NCBI GenBank assembly: GCA_965237905.1
Contig: OZ250172.1
Span: forward strand, 2,560,001-2,624,000
DNA from: Nitrospinaceae bacterium
GTDB lineage: Bacteria; Nitrospinota; Nitrospinia; Nitrospinales; Nitrospinaceae
Length of the DNA stretch: 64,000 bases
Direction: 5' to 3'
Shown: in pieces, positions 57,366 through 64,000 of the stretch
Position numbering within the stretch: the stretch's first letter is position 1
Layout of the letters: every line of letters starts with the position of its first letter
Notes under the pieces: model-generated
The model's input: only the letters and a program-made list of their open reading frames with translations
Told to the model about the DNA's origin: nothing
Database searches by the model: none
Position numbers and translations under genes: made by a program

Positions 57366-58427
57366 TTATTTCCCGATTTCTCTTCGTTTAATGGCTTCCC
57401 GCACGATTAAATCTGCAATCCTTTGATTTCTATTGTTGATAGCCACATCCAGAGGTTTATCCCCTTTCGAATTTTGCAACTCCAGCTTGGCGCCTTTTCG
57501 AACCAGGGCACTAGCCGCCCCGACATTTCCCCTTTCGGCCGCCAAATGCAAAAGAGTGCCCTCAGGAATCTTTTGATCCACGTTCACCCCTTGGTCGGTA
57601 AGTTCCTGGATGACATGAAAGCGGTCGTTGTAGATCGCATAATAAAGAGGCGTCTTGCCTTTGGCATCCTTGCGGTTGGGAGTTGCCTTTTTTTCAAGGA
57701 GCAATCGAACGATATCGGGATAACCCTTTTCAGCTGCCAGATGGAGCGGAGTTGTGGCGGCTCCGGGTGGGCCATGCACCAGGACTTTTTTTTCGAGAAG
57801 CACTCTCACCACCTGAGTATGGCCGTCCATCACCGCTCCCACCAAAGGCGAAGGACCTATTTTGGGATTGACGTTGGCACCTTTGTTGACCAACAGCTCT
57901 ACCATTCTCGGAAGGTCATTTATGCTGGCCAGGTAAAGCGGCGTCCAGCCTTTTTTGTCTCTGGCGTCCACGGCGGCGCCTTTTGAAAGCAACAGCAGGG
58001 CGGACTCGTTTCTGGTCCCAAGAACCGCATAGTGTAGGGCAACGCGGCCGTTTTTGTCCTGGCTGTGGACACGGGCTCCTTTAGTGATCAGTAAATCCAT
58101 CATGGGTGTGTAGCCGGTTTCAGCGGCCAGATGCAGGGGACTTCGGCCTTCATTATCCCTGGATTCCACCCTTGCCCCTCTTTCAATGAGGGTTTGAGCG
58201 ACTTCCGTGTATCCGCTCTCTGCGGCGTAGTGCAGGGGGGTTTGACCGTTCTCATCCTTTTGATTGACGTCTGCGCCTTCATTCAGGTGGCGGCGCACTT
58301 CCTTGACATTTTTGTATTGGACGGCCTTTTCCAAAGAAGACGTTTTGATTAAGGAACAGGACGAAGCGAGAAATGCAAAAAGGATCAAAAAAGTAAAGCC
58401 GGGTCGAGCAAGAGGATATTTTTTCAT
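57366..58427 (-). CDS. Ankyrin-repeat lipoprotein A
   Basis: Lipobox LASSC; repeated G.TPLH.AA. Confidence 0.92.
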   Translation of the reverse strand: MKKYPLARPGFTFLILFAFLASSCSLIKTSSLEKAVQYKNVKEVRRHLNEGADVNQKDENGQTPLHYAAESGYTEVAQTLIERGARVESRDNEGRSPLHLAAETGYTPMMDLLITKGARVHSQDKNGRVALHYAVLGTRNESALLLLSKGAAVDARDKKGWTPLYLASINDLPRMVELLVNKGANVNPKIGPSPLVGAVMDGHTQVVRVLLEKKVLVHGPPGAATTPLHLAAEKGYPDIVRLLLEKKATPNRKDAKGKTPLYYAIYNDRFHVIQELTDQGVNVDQKIPEGTLLHLAAERGNVGAASALVRKGAKLELQNSKGDKPLDVAINNRNQRIADLIVREAIKRREIGK

Positions 58428-58617
58428 TGGACTCAAACTCCCTTATAAGTTTTAAACTGGCTTAATCTAAAGGATAGAGAAATTATTGTCAATGAAGGTT
58501 TGAAGGAGGGAAGTAATACAGGAAGTCGGATGTCTCAGTAGAGACAGGACCGCTCCGGCATTCTATTGAAAAAGCGGTCCGTTTCCGTGAGTTTCAATCA
58601 GTGGGGATGTAATTCTT

Positions 58618-59682
58618 TTAATTTCTAATTTTTTTTCGCTCGATCGCCGTTTCCGTGATTAAATTGGCAACCTTTTTATGGCCATGATTGATGGCGACCT
58701 CCAAAGGCGTGTCTCCCTGAGAATTTTGAGCATTCAGTACGGCACCCTTTTCAATCAATAGTTCGACCACGTCGGCATGCCCCTTTTCAGCTGCCAGGTG
58801 CAATAGGGTGGTGCCGTTAGGGATTGTTTGGGTGATATCCTCTCCATAGCTGATGAGCAATTTCACCATATCGTGGTGACCATGGTAGGTGGCGTAATAA
58901 ATCGGAGGTTTTCCCGAGCGGTCCTTGGTGTAGGGATCGGCTTGAAAATCGAGCAGGACCTCGGCGGACCGGGTAAAACCTTTTTCAGCGGCCATATGCA
59001 TGGGCGTTTTGGTGGCATTGGGTGAGCCCTGAACCGATGCTTTATGCTTCAAAAGTACCTCAACCACTTCACTGTGGTCATTCCAAACGGCTGCATTCAG
59101 AGGCGTGGGTCCGCTTGGGGGATTGACTTCGGCCCCTTTCTCGATCAACAGTTCTACATATTTCGGGAGGTCGTTCAGGCTGGCCAGGTAAAGCGGAGTC
59201 CATTTTTTCTGGTCCCTTATATCCACCATCGCCTTTTTTAAGGTAAGAATAAAAGCGATGTCGTATTCTTCATTAAGCACCGCATAATGCAAAGGACTCC
59301 CGCCGGCCTTATCCTGGCTGTTTAAATCGGCTCCCTTGTCAGTCAGATAGTCCACCATGGGGGCGTGTCCTTCCTGAACTGCGAGGTGCAGGGGCGTCCG
59401 GCCCTGATTGTCTTTGGCATTTACATTGGCGCTTTTTGCAATCAACATCCCCGCCACTTCTTTATATCCATCCTCGGCGGCGAGGTGCAAAGGAGTTTTA
59501 CCTTCCGCGTTTGCTTTGTTAACGTTGGCGCCTTGGTCCAAGTAGTTTTGAACCTTTTTGATGTCTTCGGATCTCACCGCGTTTTCCAGAGTGTCTGCTC
59601 GGAACAGAGCACAGCCGGAAGCAAACAATCCGAAAAGAACCAGAATGGTTAAGCCCGAATGGGTAAGGGAGGACTTATGCAT
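58618..59682 (-). CDS. Ankyrin-repeat lipoprotein B
   Basis: Lipobox FASGC; paralogue of A. Confidence 0.92.
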   Translation of the reverse strand: MHKSSLTHSGLTILVLFGLFASGCALFRADTLENAVRSEDIKKVQNYLDQGANVNKANAEGKTPLHLAAEDGYKEVAGMLIAKSANVNAKDNQGRTPLHLAVQEGHAPMVDYLTDKGADLNSQDKAGGSPLHYAVLNEEYDIAFILTLKKAMVDIRDQKKWTPLYLASLNDLPKYVELLIEKGAEVNPPSGPTPLNAAVWNDHSEVVEVLLKHKASVQGSPNATKTPMHMAAEKGFTRSAEVLLDFQADPYTKDRSGKPPIYYATYHGHHDMVKLLISYGEDITQTIPNGTTLLHLAAEKGHADVVELLIEKGAVLNAQNSQGDTPLEVAINHGHKKVANLITETAIERKKIRN

Positions 59683-60014
59683 GGTTTAGAAGCTCCTTTG
59701 TAAATTATTGTATTATAATAAATTACTGGATTGAGGCGGGGTTGTCAATGAAGGTATTGAAAAATGGGAGATTCTACGAATCCTGCCCATCCTAAATGGG
59801 ATTAATCAATGCTGGTACCTTCCGCCAAAGCCGCCTCATCTGCTAGTTTTAATGCCACAAAAAATTAAGTTTTATTTTGGTTGGAATTTAATTTCGATTG
59901 TTGAAAAGAGTTTAGTGCTTAAGTTATTAAACCACGGGTACGGAGTAAGAAGAGTTTGTTTTTTAAGCTTAATTTAGACTGGCATTTGTATGGACAAATG
60001 TCGCTGAGTCGATT

Positions 60015-60335
60015 ATGATGAATCTAGGAATAGATGGGTTTGATTGGGATTCTGGAAATTCCAAAAAAATTAAGAAGCATGGTGTGCTCCCGGAGGATAT
60101 CGAGGGTTTTTTTCAGCAAGACAGTATTTATGTAGCTCCGGATATCAAGCATTCTCAAAAGGAAGAGCGGTATTTGGCTGTGGGGTCTTCGCCCAAAGGA
60201 CAACCCATGGTGGTGGTTTTTACCTTCCGGGAAAACGAGGGGAAACGGTTGATTCGTCCCATCAGTGCCCGGTTCATGCATGACAAGGAAGCGAAACGAT
60301 ATGAAGAAGAAAATTCCAAAATTCAAAAGCGATAA
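60015..60335 (+). CDS. BrnT-family toxin
   Basis: FDWD..N..K..KHG, HS..EER, VVFT.R and IRPISAR motifs. Confidence 0.88.
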   Translation: MMNLGIDGFDWDSGNSKKIKKHGVLPEDIEGFFQQDSIYVAPDIKHSQKEERYLAVGSSPKGQPMVVVFTFRENEGKRLIRPISARFMHDKEAKRYEEENSKIQKR

Positions 60336-60552
60336 GGAAGCCGAGAAGTTTCTGGACCAGGATTTGACAGACTATCTTGATCTCAAAAACTTTCAAAGGG
60401 TGAGTTTTGAGTTTCAGCCCAAAACCAAAAAAATCAGTATCCGGGTTTCCGAGGAATTGCTGGAGGCCGTAAAGAAAAAGGCCAAGCGTCAAAAGATTTC
60501 CTACCAAAAATACATACGCAAAGCCGTGGAAGAATCCTTGGTGCCGAAATAG
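60301..60552 (+). CDS. CopG/BrnA-like antitoxin
   Basis: IPKFKS..E...F...DLTDY and a ribbon-helix-helix (ISIR...YQ..IR); overlaps the toxin. Confidence 0.85.
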   Translation: MKKKIPKFKSDKEAEKFLDQDLTDYLDLKNFQRVSFEFQPKTKKISIRVSEELLEAVKKKAKRQKISYQKYIRKAVEESLVPK

Positions 60553-60651
60553 GGGGAATTAGCACCCAAAGGCTGTTTGATGATAGTCTTAACGGGTACC
60601 GCTGTTAGCGAATAGTATTATTAAATATAAAAAATACCAATTTTCTATTAA

Positions 60652-61329
60652 ATGGGAAAATCTCAATTGGAAGCTATTAATCCAGACTTTGAATGGTACG
60701 AATCTTTAAGTCAAAAGAAAGGTCTTCATCCACGGTGCCCTTTTGCTTCGGTAAACAAATGTCCAAGATATTTTGAAAGCCTTTCTCTTTTACAAGAAAC
60801 TGGAGCGACAGAATTAGATCCCGAAGAAGAGGAAAGGCTCCTCAATCATTGGAAAACTTCTGACCTTTGGCCCCGGTTGGGGGAACAAGCATCGAGTGTT
60901 TGGGGTGGGGAAGGAAATAAGCATATCTCGAATTTCTGTCCAGAAGTTTCCTTTTTAAGATTCAATCTATTTGCCTCAGACTTATACAGGTATTCGGATG
61001 AAATTGATTTGGGTGTAGCCCATTCTCGCCTCGGCGAAATTGGCGCTCCGATAACGGATTGGAGATGGGCCTGGGGACATGTTCGGCCCATGCATTATTC
61101 AGAATGCCCTCTTTATTCTCCCTTAGCCCACCAATCATCATTAGATGGAAGCTCGGAAGAACATAACGAAAATTCGGATATTATTCAGGGGAAACCGACT
61201 TATTTAGGGATGCAATTAAATTATCGTGTACTTTTGGGGCAAATTAAAAAATGGAAATGGGTAAGGAAGGTAAAAGAAAAAATTGAAAGTTGTTTGAATA
61301 AATTAAAAGAGAAACATCAGCAAAATTAA
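60652..61329 (+). CDS. Hypothetical protein
   Basis: 225-aa AT-rich ORF with CPFA...CPRY and HYSECP. Confidence 0.7.
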   Translation: MGKSQLEAINPDFEWYESLSQKKGLHPRCPFASVNKCPRYFESLSLLQETGATELDPEEEERLLNHWKTSDLWPRLGEQASSVWGGEGNKHISNFCPEVSFLRFNLFASDLYRYSDEIDLGVAHSRLGEIGAPITDWRWAWGHVRPMHYSECPLYSPLAHQSSLDGSSEEHNENSDIIQGKPTYLGMQLNYRVLLGQIKKWKWVRKVKEKIESCLNKLKEKHQQN

Positions 61330-61392
61330 ATTTTTGTTCATACCACCGGTCGGGCCAACAACAATTTATATGATGAGGATGACGCTAATATC

Positions 61393-61920
61393 TTACAGGA
61401 CGCGTTGGTAGGTAATCACCACCACCTTTTTCTTTTCGCCTTGGGCAAATTGCGTCCAGTGTTGGTTCATCTCATTCTTTCCGGCGAAGGTAAGAGTGAG
61501 GGCATGCATATGCGGTTCACGGGCGGCATCGATGCCAGTGTCTTGAGCCAGGTCGAACTCCAGGGCATTTCCCTTGTCTCCGATGAGAACCATTTTGGGT
61601 TGGTTATTGAGTCCGCAGTAATGGGTCAGGCCCAGTCGGCGGTTTTTGTCATCGTGGTAGATCGTAACCATCTCATTGGGAGTGCCTTCAAAAATGGTTT
61701 CCACCAGAGCACTGCCGGCAGAAGTAACCCGGTAGCTGGCCTTGATTTTTTGAGGCCCTTTTCCCATATCAACGGTGCCTTCCCATTTCCCGGCCAGTTG
61801 TTTCATTTGCTGGAAAGCCTTGGATCCTTCATAAAACTGATGCTCTTCTCCGGTCACACTCAGGGGTCCTGAAGCCAACAGGACGATCAAACCGGTAAGA
61901 ATATATTTTGGAATTTTCAT
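61393..61920 (-). CDS. Exported hypothetical protein
   Basis: Signal peptide; LAG.WEG, EM.T.YH, THYC..NQP and HMH. Confidence 0.8.
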   Translation of the reverse strand: MKIPKYILTGLIVLLASGPLSVTGEEHQFYEGSKAFQQMKQLAGKWEGTVDMGKGPQKIKASYRVTSAGSALVETIFEGTPNEMVTIYHDDKNRRLGLTHYCGLNNQPKMVLIGDKGNALEFDLAQDTGIDAAREPHMHALTLTFAGKNEMNQHWTQFAQGEKKKVVVITYQRVL

Positions 61921-61968
61921 AGCGCATTCCTTTAATTTAATTAAATCGTGTGAAATAGGAGACGAGGG

Positions 61969-62097
61969 TTAAATCACACCGAAAAAGATGAGGTAGAGCC
62001 ATGTCACGAGAGCGACGTTGATGATGACGCCAATGTGAAAGAGAACATTGAACAATTTGCCGTAGGTCGGTGTGTATTCCTCCTTGAATTCATCCAT
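61969..62097 (-). CDS. 42-aa single-TM small protein (not in the ORF track)
   Basis: MDEFKEEYTPTYGKLFNVLFHIGVIINVALVTWLYLIFFGVI*; AGGA RBS; starts 12 nt after the LRR gene stop. Confidence 0.7.
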   Translation of the reverse strand: MDEFKEEYTPTYGKLFNVLFHIGVIINVALVTWLYLIFFGVI

Positions 62098-62109
62098 AAT
62101 TCCTGTCTC

Positions 62110-62931
62110 CTAATCCATGACCAGGGTTTTGAGCCGTTTCGCCAGATCCGATCCGCGAATAATTTTGCGCACCGGACGTTCCATCAGGTTGAGACTCATG
62201 TACAGCCGTTCCAGATTACCAAAAGTTTCGGATTCTGCAATGGCTTCTCCGCCGGCATCCCGAATTTCGTTGCGCCAGATACTCAGCACCTTTAAGGTTT
62301 TCAGGTTATCAGAATTCGATAAGGCTTTTGCGCCCTCGTCCCCGATTCCGTTACTGCACAGATACAACCGCCTCAGACCGGTCAGGGTTTGCGAGTGCGC
62401 CAGTGCCACCGCCCCGCCATCGCCGCTTTGCGTGCTGTCCAGATGCAAGGCTTCCAGCTTTGGGAAATTATCCGATTCCGCCAGGGCCTGGATGCCCTTT
62501 GCACCGATCGGATTGAAATCGAGAAACAGTTCTTCCAGATTTTGGAAATGCTTCGATTCGGCAATCGTCCGCGCCCCCTCGAAGCCGATATTATTGGCCT
62601 CCAGCATCAGGCAGGTCAGGCCTTTCGCTATTTCCGAGTGTGCCAAAGACCGTGCCGCGTCGTCGTTCAGCATGTTGTGGTTGAGGTACAGCGACCGCAC
62701 ATTGCCCTGGAGGTTCTCCAGCGCCTCGATTTCGCGTTCGCCCAACTGATTGTTGCTGAGGTACAGCTTTTCGACTTTAGGGAATGATTCCCATTCGGCC
62801 AGCAGTTTTAACTCTTCCAGGCCGATATTTTTATTTTCCAGATCCAGCAGGCTCTGCTCTTCCACAAATGCTTTCTGAAAAAGCACCTCCGCCTCCGGAC
62901 GGTCCAATTTTTCCAAAGATTTCAACTCCAT
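62110..62931 (-). CDS. Leucine-rich repeat protein (RNI/GALA-like)
   Basis: 28-aa repeats L..L.L..N.IG..GA.ALA.S. Confidence 0.9.
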   Translation of the reverse strand: MELKSLEKLDRPEAEVLFQKAFVEEQSLLDLENKNIGLEELKLLAEWESFPKVEKLYLSNNQLGEREIEALENLQGNVRSLYLNHNMLNDDAARSLAHSEIAKGLTCLMLEANNIGFEGARTIAESKHFQNLEELFLDFNPIGAKGIQALAESDNFPKLEALHLDSTQSGDGGAVALAHSQTLTGLRRLYLCSNGIGDEGAKALSNSDNLKTLKVLSIWRNEIRDAGGEAIAESETFGNLERLYMSLNLMERPVRKIIRGSDLAKRLKTLVMD

Positions 62932-63052
62932 TTCTTGTATAGTAACAACCGCAGTGTGATACTAATTTATAGGATTTTACTGAAAAGATCAAATAGTCTC
63001 CGGGGCCGGGCCAAGGCTTCCCGGAAGGCCGGTTGCAAAGGATTCGGAGTCT

Positions 63053-64000
<948 letters not shown>

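Overview
Bacterial chromosomal window with about 65 CDS and 2 tRNAs. No integrase, transposase, rRNA or CRISPR array was found. The gene mix (TorD-like chaperone cluster, TIGR03545/03546-like pair, orphan cytochrome b, many TPR/ankyrin/LRR proteins) is reminiscent of a Nitrospinota-type organism; this is an impression only. Most of the window is housekeeping: Fe-S maturation (ygfZ-TPR, iscA, bolA, monothiol Grx), phosphate transport, a desaturase with a two-component system, crcB, rsmD, mnmA, suhB, speA, lysA and ald. The outstanding feature is a type IV minor-pilin locus at about 25.5-38.1 kb on the - strand: fimT-like, pilV and pilW followed by five tandem ~450-aa PilX-like paralogues. The paralogues share sequence in a patchwork pattern. 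Each transcription unit carries its own sigma-54 -24/-12 promoter (one degenerate), four of them with a shared upstream motif. Each gene is followed by the same ~62-nt structured 3' element, and the spacers are filled with mosaic REP/MITE-like repeats. This looks like a modular repertoire of swappable pilus-tip subunits. A second odd unit is a PCYCGC-TlpA-His/Met protein-cytochrome b operon with no Rieske or cytochrome c partner. All product calls come from motifs read by eye; no database search was run.
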